Positions 1 through 10,274 of a stretch of 64,000 nt of DNA are shown here, piece by piece. This stretch comes from Alphaproteobacteria bacterium (lineage in GTDB: Bacteria; Pseudomonadota; Alphaproteobacteria; Rs-D84). Every line of letters begins with the position of its first letter. Position 1 is the stretch's first letter. Location of the stretch: the NCBI GenBank assembly GCA_017505705.1, contig JAFVOS010000011.1, positions 45,449-109,448 of the forward strand, written 5' to 3'. A program made the translations under genes and the position numbers. The notes beneath the pieces are model-generated. The model was given only the letters and a program-made list of their open reading frames with translations, had not been told where the DNA came from and made no database searches.

Positions 1-290
1 CTTCTAATTTACCGAATATAGACCATTCGATTTCTGCACGCATTTTATCACAAACTTCTAAACCCAATGCTGCACGTCCCTGCAGAACAGTATCGGTCAT
101 AGATTCTTTTTGACCATTATAGCGATAGTTTAGATTTGTATATGATGCACCACCACGCAGTCCAACATATGGATCCATTCCCCACATTGTCCAACTGCTG
201 CCCTGATTCGGGTTCCCTATGCCTGCGAACGCTGGGCATGCCAACAACACCGCCAGTGTTGATACAACTATTTTTTTCATACTCTCTCCT
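1..290 (-). CDS. Outer membrane beta-barrel protein, N-terminal part (continues left of window)
   Basis: Reverse translation from ATG at 288-290 gives MKKIVVSTLAVLLACPAFAGIGNPNQGSSWTMWGMDPYVGLRGGASYTNLNYRYNGQ... This has a Sec signal peptide and an alternating aromatic/glycine pattern typical of small OMP barrels. The ORF runs off the window edge. Confidence 0.5.
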
Positions 291-448
291 TTTAGGTTTT
301 GTTTTTAAGTTTATACTAGTTTCATGTCAACACTGTAATTCTATCAAGCAAAAACAAATAATTACACAGGTATGAATCCCTGGGAAAATTATCAAATCAC
401 CCACAAAAAGCGCATAAAAAACGGTCACTTTCGTGACCGCCTATTTCA

Positions 449-524
449 TGGTGGACGCGCAGGGACTCGAACCCTGGACCCACTGATTAAGAGTCAGTTG
501 CTCTACCAACTGAGCTACGCATCC
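449..524 (-). tRNA. tRNA-Lys (anticodon CUU), CCA encoded
   Basis: Reverse complement reads GGATGCG-TA-GCTCAGTTGGTAGAGC-A-ACTGA-CTCTTAA-TCAGT-GGGTC-CAGGG-TTCGAGT-CCCTG-CGCGTCC-A-CCA. All four stems pair, with one G-U in the acceptor stem. The anticodon loop CT-CTT-AA gives CTT. The D-loop AGTTGGTAGAGC is typical of tRNA-Lys. Confidence 0.85.
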
Positions 525-585
525 AGAACCGAATTTTATTCAGAACGGGGCTAATTATAGACTTTTTTATACAAAATGCAAGTTT

Positions 586-1797
586 TTATAACGCACCTTC
601 GCAAACTTGCCTACATCTATATCGCAATTTTATATTTTTTATGTCTTCGACTGTTTGCGCCCCTGCCAACCACATTACACGACGCAAATCATCTTTTAAA
701 TAATCAAACAGCGACACAACCCCCATCCATCCGCCCAATGACAATGCATAAATCACAGGCCGCCCAATGGCGACAACATCCGCCCCAGATGCAATTGCCT
801 TAAAGATATGCGTACCATTACGAACACCACTGTCAAATATAATCGGTACACGCTTATTTACACGTGCGGCAATTTCAGGTAAAACCTCAATCGATGCTGG
901 TGCCCCATCTAATTGACGTCCCCCATGATTTGACACCCAAATTGCATCCGCACCTGCATCTATGGCTGCATCTGCATCATCTGGGTGCTCAATCCCCTTA
1001 ACAATAACAGGTAATTTTGTAAAAGATTTAACATATCGTACAGTATCGGTTGCAAATTGATTCTGTGCCGCTGCAAATATTGCGCCTATCCCCTGACCTT
1101 TTGTATCACCAGATTTTTTTGCCATATTTGGTAACCTAAGGGGAAACTTAAAATTATTTCTGGCATCCCTGAATCGATTGCCCCCGATTGGCGCATCAAC
1201 AGTCAGAACAATTGCACGCATCCCCAAGCTTTCTGCCAACTTTACAATACTACGGTTAAACGCATCATCCTTGCTAAGATATAATTGAAACCATTGTGGT
1301 GCACCTGCCCCTGCAATTGCGATATCACGCAGCGAAGAACTTGCATAATTACTGATTGCCATTATTGTACCGGCCACTGCCGCACCACGTGCTGTCCCTG
1401 CTTCGGCTGAAACATGTGCCAGACCGTGTGCCGCCGCAGGCGCAACAATTACAGGCAATGAAATATCTATTCCCAATATTGATGTATTTAAATCTGGCGT
1501 ATCAACACCACGCAGTACACGTGGCACAATATCAACATCATCAAATGCAGATATATTTCGACACAGTGTTTGTTCTGTCTCGGCCCCACCTGCGATATAA
1601 TCAAATGCCCCCTGTGGAATAACTTGTTTTGCCTGTTCTTCCAGGGAATTTACATCAATAATATTAATCTTATTAATATTTTCTGGTGCTATATATTGTT
1701 GTTTTTCCTGTTTGATTCGATTATACCTGTATAATATATATCCAAGCGCAGAACTGAATAAACATATAAACAACACCCAAATAAAAATTCGTTTCAT
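586..1797 (-). CDS. lldD: FMN-dependent alpha-hydroxy-acid dehydrogenase (L-lactate dehydrogenase-like) with N-terminal membrane anchor
   Basis: 403 aa. C-terminal region has ...VSNHGGRQLDGAPASIEVLPEIAARVNKRVPIIFDSGVRNGTHIFKAIASGADVVAIGRP..., characteristic of the glycolate oxidase/LldD FMN family. The N-terminus MKRIFIWVLFICLFSSALGYILY is a hydrophobic helix. Confidence 0.7.
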   Translation of the reverse strand: MKRIFIWVLFICLFSSALGYILYRYNRIKQEKQQYIAPENINKINIIDVNSLEEQAKQVIPQGAFDYIAGGAETEQTLCRNISAFDDVDIVPRVLRGVDTPDLNTSILGIDISLPVIVAPAAAHGLAHVSAEAGTARGAAVAGTIMAISNYASSSLRDIAIAGAGAPQWFQLYLSKDDAFNRSIVKLAESLGMRAIVLTVDAPIGGNRFRDARNNFKFPLRLPNMAKKSGDTKGQGIGAIFAAAQNQFATDTVRYVKSFTKLPVIVKGIEHPDDADAAIDAGADAIWVSNHGGRQLDGAPASIEVLPEIAARVNKRVPIIFDSGVRNGTHIFKAIASGADVVAIGRPVIYALSLGGWMGVVSLFDYLKDDLRRVMWLAGAQTVEDIKNIKLRYRCRQVCEGAL

Positions 1798-1872
1798 AAA
1801 AAATCCCCCTGGTCACTGTTCAGTTTATCACATGCGGGGGATTTAATTTTATACGACTGTATTCTCACGACA

Positions 1873-3258
1873 CTACTTTAAGTGCGCAGTCGGATTATAC
1901 GCCTTGGTTCCTTTACGAATTTCGAAATGTAATTGTGGTGTATCAACCTTGCCTGTTTCACCAACGGTACCTATTTTCTGACCAACATTAACACGTGTAC
2001 CACGTCGCACTGCCAACGAATCCATATGGGCATAAACCGTCATCCACCCTGCTGCATGCTGTACAATAATCAGATTTCCCATGCCTTTTACTTCATTCCC
2101 AGCATATGCAACAACCCCATTTTCAGCAGCCTTTACTGTTGTACCCTTGGCTGCACCGATATTTATTCCATCGTTAAACAATCCACCAGACTTTGCCCCA
2201 TAACCAGACAAAATCTTTCCTTTTACTGGCCATGAAAATTTTGACGAAGAACGCGCACTGATTGTTGGCAACTTTTTTGTTGGATCTGACGATATCTTTT
2301 TCTGTTCCTGTTTTACTGGCACAGACGCTTTTTCTGTTTGCACCGCAACTTTCTTTTCCGACGCATTCTGTACGACAGTTTTTTTCACATTTGCTTTTGC
2401 CAAATCAGGCACCTTTAACTTCTGTCCCACAGACAGCACAAATGGTGCTTTTAAGTTATTTAGAACCGCCAAATCGTTAACCGGCACAGAATATTTACGT
2501 GACACAGAATACAATGTGTCCCCCACCCCAATTGTCACTTCTTTCAATGCCACACGTGTTGTTGTCTGAACCCCTGTTGGCTTCTTTGCCGGTACAGCAA
2601 TTAAATCTGGTGCATCTTTTGATTCTTTTTTTGCAGCTGTCACAATTTCTTTCGCTTCTGCCACCTTCAACCTTTGCCCAACAGACAAGACATACGGCCT
2701 CTCCAAAGAATTCATCTTGGCCAATTCATCAACAGACATTTCATATTGTTTGGCCAATGAATACAATGTATCTCCACGTGCCACAACAACAAATTTTTCG
2801 TCTGTATTTTTAACAGTTCCATACATTGGCACCTGTAAATAATCGTCCTGATTATCTAACTTATCATCTGGCGATTGATATTCTGCGACGATAACGACCT
2901 GTTCTGATTTTTGATTATTTTCTTCTGTAATTTCGGGTTGTCTTTCTTCTGACTGGGGCGGAACAATATAGTCATCCACAGATGCATACATAACATAATC
3001 ATCATAACTGGACACATCAGACCCATACAAATCAGGCGATGCATATATATCATAATCCGTTGCCGCCGATGCATAAATTTCTGGCTGTGCATTTGGATCT
3101 GCCAGCAAGGCTGGATAACGCTGTGAAATAAAATCCCCAACAGAATCCGGCAACGACAAAATTTTTGGTTGCAAATCACAGCCCACGAACACAGGCATCA
3201 ACAAGATTACAAAAAGCAAACTGAATTTTTTCACAAGACAATTATAGCACAAAATCAA
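1873..3258 (-). CDS. nlpD: LysM-domain peptidase M23 (NlpD-like murein hydrolase activator)
   Basis: 461 aa. Two LysM repeats (GDTLYSLAKQY..., GDTLYSVSRKY...). C-terminal M23 domain ...GNLIIVQHAAGWMTVYAHMDSLAVRRGTRVNVGQKIGTVGETG...PQLHFEIRK. The N-terminus has a lipoprotein-like signal (LLMPVFVGC). Confidence 0.8.
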   Translation of the reverse strand: MILCYNCLVKKFSLLFVILLMPVFVGCDLQPKILSLPDSVGDFISQRYPALLADPNAQPEIYASAATDYDIYASPDLYGSDVSSYDDYVMYASVDDYIVPPQSEERQPEITEENNQKSEQVVIVAEYQSPDDKLDNQDDYLQVPMYGTVKNTDEKFVVVARGDTLYSLAKQYEMSVDELAKMNSLERPYVLSVGQRLKVAEAKEIVTAAKKESKDAPDLIAVPAKKPTGVQTTTRVALKEVTIGVGDTLYSVSRKYSVPVNDLAVLNNLKAPFVLSVGQKLKVPDLAKANVKKTVVQNASEKKVAVQTEKASVPVKQEQKKISSDPTKKLPTISARSSSKFSWPVKGKILSGYGAKSGGLFNDGINIGAAKGTTVKAAENGVVAYAGNEVKGMGNLIIVQHAAGWMTVYAHMDSLAVRRGTRVNVGQKIGTVGETGKVDTPQLHFEIRKGTKAYNPTAHLK

Positions 3259-3965
3259 TCTTGTCGCATGAATAAAATACTGATTTCAAAAAGCAACCAC
3301 ATTGGAATTGCCAATATTATTTGGCTAACTATATCTGGTGGGGTCAATACCGCCGCAACAATCGCAATCAAGACAATAATATAACGACGTATTTTAACAA
3401 CATATGAACGTTTTAACACACCGATTCGATTCATCAACACCATCACCAACGGCAACTGAAACGCCAGACCAAAAATTTTCAACAAACCAATCGACATTGT
3501 CAAATAATCACGCACCGATGGCACAACAACCGCCGGCACAGGCGAAGACAAATTTAGTTCTACAAAAAACTTAAACACAACTGGCAACAAAACATAGAAC
3601 GCAAACGCAGCCCCACAAACAAACATAATTGGCGACAAAACCAAGAATGGCCAAATAAAATTCCGCTCTTTATTTTTTAACCCCGGCGCAACGAACGCCC
3701 ATATATGCCATAAGATAAATGGCAGAACAACCATCAACCCAAACGTCACCCCCAGCGACAAATCAATCATCAGCCCATCAGACAAACCATTGTATAACAG
3801 TGCTGCGCTTGGCCACACCATCAACAACGGCTGTGTTAAAAAATTTTGAATCTGTGGTGCGAAATAAAGCCCAACACCAAATGCAATTACAAAGCTTAAG
3901 ACACACCATAAAATTCTGCGACGCATTTCAGAAAAATGCTGCATCAGGGTCATATTTTTCTTCAT
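3255..3965 (-). CDS. tatC: Sec-independent protein translocase TatC
   Basis: 236 aa polytopic membrane protein. MQHFSEMRRRILWCVLSFVIAFGVGLYFA... matches the TatC family. It overlaps upstream tatB by 4 nt. Confidence 0.85.
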   Translation of the reverse strand: MKKNMTLMQHFSEMRRRILWCVLSFVIAFGVGLYFAPQIQNFLTQPLLMVWPSAALLYNGLSDGLMIDLSLGVTFGLMVVLPFILWHIWAFVAPGLKNKERNFIWPFLVLSPIMFVCGAAFAFYVLLPVVFKFFVELNLSSPVPAVVVPSVRDYLTMSIGLLKIFGLAFQLPLVMVLMNRIGVLKRSYVVKIRRYIIVLIAIVAAVLTPPDIVSQIILAIPMWLLFEISILFMRQD

Positions 3966-4258
3966 TTATTTTTACCCCCTGATTTTTTAGCAGATTTTCT
4001 TTTAACCTTATTAATAGGCTCTGAAATTTCAGCCAAGATATCATCTGTTGTTGTTTTGATTAACTGATCTATTGGTGCTTCTCGTTCTATCTGCTCTTTA
4101 ATTTTTTCTGACGCATCTGTAATACGCCATACAACCCCACGTACAAATTTAACCGCACGTGCCAAGAATCTGGCTACATCTGGCCAATGACGTGCTGGTA
4201 TCACCAACACAGCCACCAATAAAACGACAAAAAATTCAGCCCAACTGATTCCAAACAT
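3962..4258 (-). CDS. tatB: Sec-independent protein translocase TatB
   Basis: 98 aa. MFGISWAEFFVVLLVAVLVI... is a TatA/B-type N-terminal TM helix followed by an amphipathic helix. Position directly upstream of tatC supports TatB. Confidence 0.7.
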   Translation of the reverse strand: MFGISWAEFFVVLLVAVLVIPARHWPDVARFLARAVKFVRGVVWRITDASEKIKEQIEREAPIDQLIKTTTDDILAEISEPINKVKRKSAKKSGGKNK

Positions 4259-4263
4259 TTTAA

Positions 4264-4875
4264 TTAATCATAGTAATCATCGCCACCACTGGTACTAATT
4301 GTCTTATGGCGTTCTATCTGGAAATAATCACGTCCAAAATTTGTTTTTGCTTTCAGGTCCTTGAACACCACATCTGTCTTGGCCCCTGTTGCATCGACCA
4401 CCGACCATGAATTTAATTTAACCGGACTTTTATCAAACACAACTGTCATATAGCCCAGTCCTTCTTGCCCACGCAAATTCATCTTTAGCGAAAAAGTATT
4501 TTTATTTTCCAATGTTTCAACAACATTAATATCTGCATTGCGCAGGTCAATATTTTTTCGCACCAATATTCCCGCTGGCGTACTGGTCAATGGTACAGTT
4601 GTAATCTGATCCAATGACTTATCAAAGAAATACAAATCATCACCATCAGAAATTAATTGTATTGGCATGTCCGCATAATCCAAACGAACACGCCCTGGAC
4701 GCAACATTGCAAAATTACCACCTTCGCTGTGTCCATTTGCATTTTGCACAAATTGTCCCGCCAGGCCGGTCACAGAATTCAAATATTTTTCTGCCATACC
4801 AACCAAATTCGAATCAACCCCTGCCCTGGCAATGCCACAAAACATTAACACAAACAAGATGAACAGCTTTTTCAT
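4264..4875 (-). CDS. lolA: Periplasmic lipoprotein carrier LolA-like protein
   Basis: 203 aa with signal peptide MKKLFILFVLMFCGIARA. The segment ...GGNFAMLRPGRVRLDYADMPIQLISDGDDLYFFDKSLDQITTVPL... resembles the LolA fold signature. Confidence 0.55.
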   Translation of the reverse strand: MKKLFILFVLMFCGIARAGVDSNLVGMAEKYLNSVTGLAGQFVQNANGHSEGGNFAMLRPGRVRLDYADMPIQLISDGDDLYFFDKSLDQITTVPLTSTPAGILVRKNIDLRNADINVVETLENKNTFSLKMNLRGQEGLGYMTVVFDKSPVKLNSWSVVDATGAKTDVVFKDLKAKTNFGRDYFQIERHKTISTSGGDDYYD

Positions 4876-4877
4876 AT

Positions 4878-5834
4878 CTACTTTAACTCCCCATGAAATA
4901 ATTCAATGATTCTGTTACGAACATTTTCAACCGAATCGTTTACAACAGCACCCGCCGCACACATATGCCCACCACCCCCCAGTGCCTCTGCGATATGATT
5001 AACCGGCTGTCCACGACTGCGCAACGATATCCCCGTTTGATTTTCTTTTTGTTCTTTCAACAATGCGATATATTCCACACCCTTAATCGAACCTAATAAA
5101 TTTAATACCGTATCCCCACGCCCATCCAGATATTTATAATCCTTGCGTGGGACAATTGCGATGGCCAATCGCCCTTTAAACAAGAATTCTGCACGTGATG
5201 TAACACCGGCCTCCATTACAACAGTTTTACGTGGTTTATTTCGCAAATTCTCGAATAAATGGCGCAATACCACACCACTATCAACCAATTCACCCATAAT
5301 TTGCATGATACGACCATCACGCACAAATTTAAAATTTCCCGTATCAGTGATAATAGCCGCCGCCAACAAATCTAAAACATCTTTATCAAATTGCCAATTT
5401 GCAGATTTCATAATCTCAAAAATTATCTGTCCTGTGGCGGCCGCCATTTCATCATCAATACACAAACTTCCCAGCTTTTCATCATTTTGATGGTGATCAA
5501 TTTCAACAATGAAACGTGCACTGTCCACAATTGGTTGCGCCCCGCCAATATGATTTGGCGTGCCATAATCCACCAAAACAACCAAATCATATACTTCTGT
5601 TAAATCGACACGTTCATAATACTTAATCCACGAACGCAATGGCAGCTCATCCAGATATTCTGGGATATTTCCATCATATATACATGTTGGCCGCAAACCG
5701 AAATTCAGTTCTATTAGTTTTGCCAATGCCAACACACTGCAATACGAATCGCCATCAGGATTTTTATGTCCCATAATTGCAATATTTTTTGCATTTTTAA
5801 TTTTTTCAATAAACGTTTTTATATTTTGTTCCAT
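4878..5834 (-). CDS. nrnA: DHH-family oligoribonuclease / pAp phosphatase NrnA
   Basis: 318 aa. N-terminal IAIMGHKNPDGDSYCS (DHH motif I), internal DHH, and C-terminal GGGGH (DHHA1). Confidence 0.8.
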   Translation of the reverse strand: MEQNIKTFIEKIKNAKNIAIMGHKNPDGDSYCSVLALAKLIELNFGLRPTCIYDGNIPEYLDELPLRSWIKYYERVDLTEVYDLVVLVDYGTPNHIGGAQPIVDSARFIVEIDHHQNDEKLGSLCIDDEMAAATGQIIFEIMKSANWQFDKDVLDLLAAAIITDTGNFKFVRDGRIMQIMGELVDSGVVLRHLFENLRNKPRKTVVMEAGVTSRAEFLFKGRLAIAIVPRKDYKYLDGRGDTVLNLLGSIKGVEYIALLKEQKENQTGISLRSRGQPVNHIAEALGGGGHMCAAGAVVNDSVENVRNRIIELFHGELK

Positions 5835-5837
5835 AAC

Positions 5838-7589
5838 CTATACCGCAATATCTTCGACAATAAATTGTGCCGAAACACGACCATTATATTCATTTTCTTT
5901 CAGTTTACCCAACATCAGTATTTTAGCGTCGATATTTCCATCGTCCAGCAAAAAATCCCCAACTGGCGTTCCCACCAGATTAAATCCAACAAAAGCCAAA
6001 TTTGTACCACTGCTTGTTGCGATTGTTCCACGCAGATGCGATCCATTCCCCATCATTGCCACATGACGCAACATCGCCCCATGCAACACCAGCGTTGGTT
6101 CTGGGTTTCCTTGACCAAACGGTTCCAGTGCTTCCAACTTTTTTATCAGTCGCATTGTCGCCCCACCTGCATCCATTTCTGCATCAACAACAACTTCACG
6201 TTCTGGCATATGTCCATTCAATTGTTCACGCACTGCTGCTTCTAAAAACTTACAAAAAGCATCTTCGTTTTCTGCCGGTAATGAAAATCCTGCCGCCGCC
6301 GCATGTCCGCCCCCCTCAGACACAATACCTGCGGCCAATGCATCATGAATTATTTTTCCCAAATCCACCCCTGGAATAGAACGCCCCGAACCATTAATGA
6401 CGCCATCTGATTTTGTTGCAACACACGATGGCAAATTATATTTATCCTTGCATCGACCGGCAATAATCCCCATAACACCACCATGCCAGTTTTCACCACA
6501 CAGGAATAAACTGCAATTTCCTTTTGCACAGCACTGTTCTGCCATTTCTGTTGCCCGCAGCATAATAGCATTTTGTATATCAATACGTTCTTGATTCATC
6601 TGATGCAGTTTTTCTGCCAAATCATGTGCGATTAATGGATTGTCTGTTAATAACAAATCCAATGCAGGTGCCGCAGAATCCAGACGTCCTGCTGCATTCA
6701 ATCGTGGCCCCAGTGCAAAACCTGCTGCATAAACAGATGGCTTTTTTATCCCTGCAATATCCATCAGCACCCGCAGCCCCAAATTCTGGCGCAACCCCAT
6801 AACCTTTAATCCTGTTGCAACAAATGCACGATTTAATCCAACCAATGGCATCGTGTCACAAATCGTTCCCAACGCCACTAAATCCATATAATTCATCAGA
6901 TTAATATTTTCCAATTTTGCGGCCACCTCTGATGACACGTTTCGTGTTTTTAGTTCACGATTAACCGCAACCAATGTCAAAAACGCAACCCCAACACCGG
7001 CCAAATACTGCAACCCCGATGTATCATCACTGCGCTTTGGGTTAACAACCGCATCTGCATCTGGCAGGACCATATCTGGCGAATGATGATCTGTCACAAC
7101 CACACGCATACCAGACTGTACCGCATGTGCAACCTCTACATTACCGCTGATACCACAATCAACTGTAATCAACAATTTTGCGCCATTTGCAACAATATCA
7201 TCCACCGCCGCAATATTCAGACCATATCCTTCGCCTTCACGTGTTGGCAAATGCCAAATAACATCAGCCCCGATTTGTTGCATATACTTTACCAGAATCG
7301 CCGTAGATGTAATTCCATCAACATCATAGTCACCATATACAGCAATCTTGTCCCCATTACAAATTGCATCTGCAACGATAACAGCCGCCCTATCCATATC
7401 AGTCACAACCGATGGATCTGGCATATATTCCTTGATACTGGGGTTTAGAAATTTTTCTGCATCTTCAATTCCTCGATTAATTAATATTTTACTAATCAAG
7501 TCATCTTTTTTTTCTGGCAAAACATTTTCTGTATACACTGGCACCACCCATGCCTGACCCAGCATGGATTTTTCTACTATCTTTCTCAC
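5838..7589 (-). CDS. recJ: Single-stranded-DNA-specific exonuclease RecJ
   Basis: 583 aa. AVYGDYDVDGITSTAIL..., VVVTDHHSP and a DHHA1 region give RecJ architecture and length. Confidence 0.9.
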   Translation of the reverse strand: MRKIVEKSMLGQAWVVPVYTENVLPEKKDDLISKILINRGIEDAEKFLNPSIKEYMPDPSVVTDMDRAAVIVADAICNGDKIAVYGDYDVDGITSTAILVKYMQQIGADVIWHLPTREGEGYGLNIAAVDDIVANGAKLLITVDCGISGNVEVAHAVQSGMRVVVTDHHSPDMVLPDADAVVNPKRSDDTSGLQYLAGVGVAFLTLVAVNRELKTRNVSSEVAAKLENINLMNYMDLVALGTICDTMPLVGLNRAFVATGLKVMGLRQNLGLRVLMDIAGIKKPSVYAAGFALGPRLNAAGRLDSAAPALDLLLTDNPLIAHDLAEKLHQMNQERIDIQNAIMLRATEMAEQCCAKGNCSLFLCGENWHGGVMGIIAGRCKDKYNLPSCVATKSDGVINGSGRSIPGVDLGKIIHDALAAGIVSEGGGHAAAAGFSLPAENEDAFCKFLEAAVREQLNGHMPEREVVVDAEMDAGGATMRLIKKLEALEPFGQGNPEPTLVLHGAMLRHVAMMGNGSHLRGTIATSSGTNLAFVGFNLVGTPVGDFLLDDGNIDAKILMLGKLKENEYNGRVSAQFIVEDIAV

Positions 7590-7632
7590 GCGCTTTACTC
7601 TTTTTTATTATCACGCATATTATAATCGAAAT

Positions 7633-9258
7633 TTATTCAAATAGCAACGGCAGTATACTGTCCAAGATTTTTCCAGTTGTCGGCACTGCATTCCACGCAG
7701 CTGTCTTCCACCCCCAAGAATCCTTGGTTGCCTGGGGTTCATCTAAAATTACCAGAATAGTATACTGTGGTGCATTTGCAGGAAATATACCTACATACGC
7801 AGTTAAATTTCTTTTACTGTCAACCTTGCCATTGCTGTACTTTTCAGCTGTTGCAGTTTTACCACCTATTTCAATACCCGCTATACGTGCTTTTTTTCCA
7901 CTGGTTTCTTCATTCACACGCACCATTATCTGACGCAGTCGTGCCGAAATCTCTTCATCCAGCACCCGTTCACCACGCACAACCCCCAATCCACGTTTTT
8001 GCAAGGTTGGATATATATAAATTCCGCCATTTGTCACCGCATTTACACCCAACATCAGATGCATTGGCGTCACACTCATTCCATGTCCATATGACAACGT
8101 TGCACGTTCAACAGGTCCCCATTTCTGTGGCATCAAACTGCGTTCTGTGCGTCCGAATTCCAAATCTAGCGCCTCATCAAAGTGTAATTTTTCAAAAAAT
8201 TCACGTTGTGCACCATCTGGCAAATCCAGCGCAATTTGCGCACTGCCAACATTACATGAATGCACCATAATTTCTTCGATTGTCAAATTTGGTCTTGGTG
8301 GTTTAAAACTGTAAATATCCTTTACCCGATGAACCACACGCCCAAATTTATCTTCGATTGGGAAAGGTTCTTTGACATAATATTCCTTGTTTATTCCATT
8401 TTGCAGTGCCAACGCAGTATTAAATATTTTAAATATAGACCCCATTTCAAACACACCACGCATTGGCATAAACATACGATTTCGTGCCGGATCCAACGAA
8501 ATATTTTCCGGATCATAGTCTGGCAAAGACACCATCGCCACAATTTCACCCGTTCGTGAATTCATCAGCATTCCCATGGCCGCCTTGGCCCGATATGTTT
8601 GCATTGCAATTGACAATTGGTCATAAAATACGGCTTGAACACGTGCATCCAATGACAACTGCAATGGGTCCTTATTTTCAATCAAATATTTATTATAAAC
8701 ACGTTCTGCTCCTTCCAGGCCACGTCCATCGCCACTAACAAATCCAACAGCATGTGAACACATACGCCCCTTTGGATATTTTCTATCCTGAACAGATTCT
8801 ACTTCCAACCCACGCAGCTTGGCTTTCTTTACCAAATTGCGCTGATAATCACTGGCATACTTTTTTAAATATATATTTTTACGTGACGAATTAACCAACC
8901 CCAACGCATCATTTAAAGAATATTCATACGGGAACACCTGATGAATCATTACTGCGACAGCTTCCTTGTCTTCAACCAGCTTGTTACGTAACACCACATG
9001 TCCCGACATAACATTTTTAGCCAAAATGTCACCATTTCGGTCAACGATGTCTGTACGCTGTACTTCCCACGTTCCATCAGAAACACCACGTCTTGTTTTA
9101 TCACTGCCCGCAAAGCCGTAATATAACGTGCATGCAATAAATGCAACAAACGCCAATCGCAGCCACCAATACACAGTATGCATACGTCCACGACCATCCA
9201 CGTCACCACGAATGCCTGTAAACCCACGTTTAAAAATATCTTGTCCTACATTAAACAT
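7633..9258 (-). CDS. ftsI: Peptidoglycan D,D-transpeptidase FtsI (PBP3-like class B penicillin-binding protein)
   Basis: SxxK (GSIFKIF), SxN and KTG motifs with an N-terminal TM anchor. The six-frame ORF extends to 9345. The start at 9258 (MFNVGQ...) was chosen because it follows the ftsL stop at 9251. Confidence 0.8.
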   Translation of the reverse strand: MFNVGQDIFKRGFTGIRGDVDGRGRMHTVYWWLRLAFVAFIACTLYYGFAGSDKTRRGVSDGTWEVQRTDIVDRNGDILAKNVMSGHVVLRNKLVEDKEAVAVMIHQVFPYEYSLNDALGLVNSSRKNIYLKKYASDYQRNLVKKAKLRGLEVESVQDRKYPKGRMCSHAVGFVSGDGRGLEGAERVYNKYLIENKDPLQLSLDARVQAVFYDQLSIAMQTYRAKAAMGMLMNSRTGEIVAMVSLPDYDPENISLDPARNRMFMPMRGVFEMGSIFKIFNTALALQNGINKEYYVKEPFPIEDKFGRVVHRVKDIYSFKPPRPNLTIEEIMVHSCNVGSAQIALDLPDGAQREFFEKLHFDEALDLEFGRTERSLMPQKWGPVERATLSYGHGMSVTPMHLMLGVNAVTNGGIYIYPTLQKRGLGVVRGERVLDEEISARLRQIMVRVNEETSGKKARIAGIEIGGKTATAEKYSNGKVDSKRNLTAYVGIFPANAPQYTILVILDEPQATKDSWGWKTAAWNAVPTTGKILDSILPLLFE

Positions 9259-9559
9259 CTGTGTTTTTAGGTTCCCTGTCTGGCAATTCATCAACTGATA
9301 CAGATTTTTGATAACCAATTGCGGCTGCACGTGGCACAACCCCACCGACTAAATTCCGCAAAACTTCTGGTCGCTTATATCCTTCGAATCGGGTTGCAGC
9401 ATCTGCAATATCCTGCTGGGTACGAACAATTTGCTGTCTGACATGATTTCTTGTTCTGTTTTGGGTTCTGTAGCACACCTGTAATCCAACCGTCAAAAAG
9501 AACATGGCACACACTGCCCAGATTCCAATATGGAACATTTTTTCGTCTTCACCTATCAC
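9251..9559 (-). CDS. ftsL: Cell division protein FtsL-like (small bitopic membrane protein)
   Basis: 102 aa with a single TM (IGIWAVCAMFFLTVGLQV). Lies immediately upstream of ftsI. Sequence identity alone is weak. Confidence 0.5.
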   Translation of the reverse strand: MIGEDEKMFHIGIWAVCAMFFLTVGLQVCYRTQNRTRNHVRQQIVRTQQDIADAATRFEGYKRPEVLRNLVGGVVPRAAAIGYQKSVSVDELPDREPKNTDV

Positions 9560-9592
9560 GCAAACACCCCCAACCTGATTGATTGCATTTTA

Positions 9593-9955
9593 TCATAAAT
9601 TATGAAAAAAACGAATCATAGAATTCAGACCATTCATTCGCCCCGCCCCCAGATTCAAATTTATCTGACTAAACTCACCTGCTATATCCATCATTTTGAT
9701 TTGTTCATCTGTTTTTCCACGCACCATTTCAATCAAAACGGCAACAATACCACGCACCAACGCAGAATCTGCAACACCATAAAAGACATTATTTTTACGA
9801 CATATTTCAACACGTGACGCACACCCAATAATCTCTGTACAAACCGCCCCATCTGGCACAGGTTCCAACATGCGTCCAAAATCCATAACAATTTCTAATT
9901 TTTCAACTGGATCAGACACAGCCATTAAAATATTTTTCATCTCATTATATGTCAT
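9593..9955 (-). CDS. sufE: Cysteine desulfuration (sulfur acceptor) protein SufE-like
   Basis: 120 aa. Conserved ...IIGCASRVEI... resembles the SufE active-site Cys loop. Lies downstream of sufS and sufT. Confidence 0.6.
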   Translation of the reverse strand: MTYNEMKNILMAVSDPVEKLEIVMDFGRMLEPVPDGAVCTEIIGCASRVEICRKNNVFYGVADSALVRGIVAVLIEMVRGKTDEQIKMMDIAGEFSQINLNLGAGRMNGLNSMIRFFHNL

Positions 9956-9959
9956 AAAA

Positions 9960-10274
9960 TTACCACCCCTGTTCTGTTAAATCTAATTCCAGTCGTGCAA
10001 CATCTGACATTTTTGATAAATCCCAGGGCGGATCCCACACCAATTCTATACGCACCGGCGTTTCACCACAGACCGACTGCACTGCATCTTTCACCTGCAG
10101 CATTAATTCTTCCATCATCGGGCATGTTGGACTGGTAAAAGTCATTGTTATAACAACTTCTTTGTCACTAATATCAATATCATAAACCAATCCTAAATCC
10201 CATATATTCACAGGAATTTCTGGATCATACACAGTTTTTATTGCATCAATAATACATTCACGACACACCGTCAT
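9960..10274 (-). CDS. sufT: Fe-S cluster assembly protein SufT (DUF59/MIP18 family)
   Basis: 104 aa. ...VYDPEIPVNIWDLGLVYDIDI...TFTSPTCPMME... is the DUF59 signature. Overlaps sufS by 4 nt. Confidence 0.75.
   Translation of the reverse strand: MTVCRECIIDAIKTVYDPEIPVNIWDLGLVYDIDISDKEVVITMTFTSPTCPMMEELMLQVKDAVQSVCGETPVRIELVWDPPWDLSKMSDVARLELDLTEQGW

Noticed and set aside
372-554. 60 aa plus-strand ORF from the six-frame track
   Set aside because: It completely overlaps the tRNA-Lys gene on the opposite strand (449-524). It has no RBS and looks like a translation artefact.
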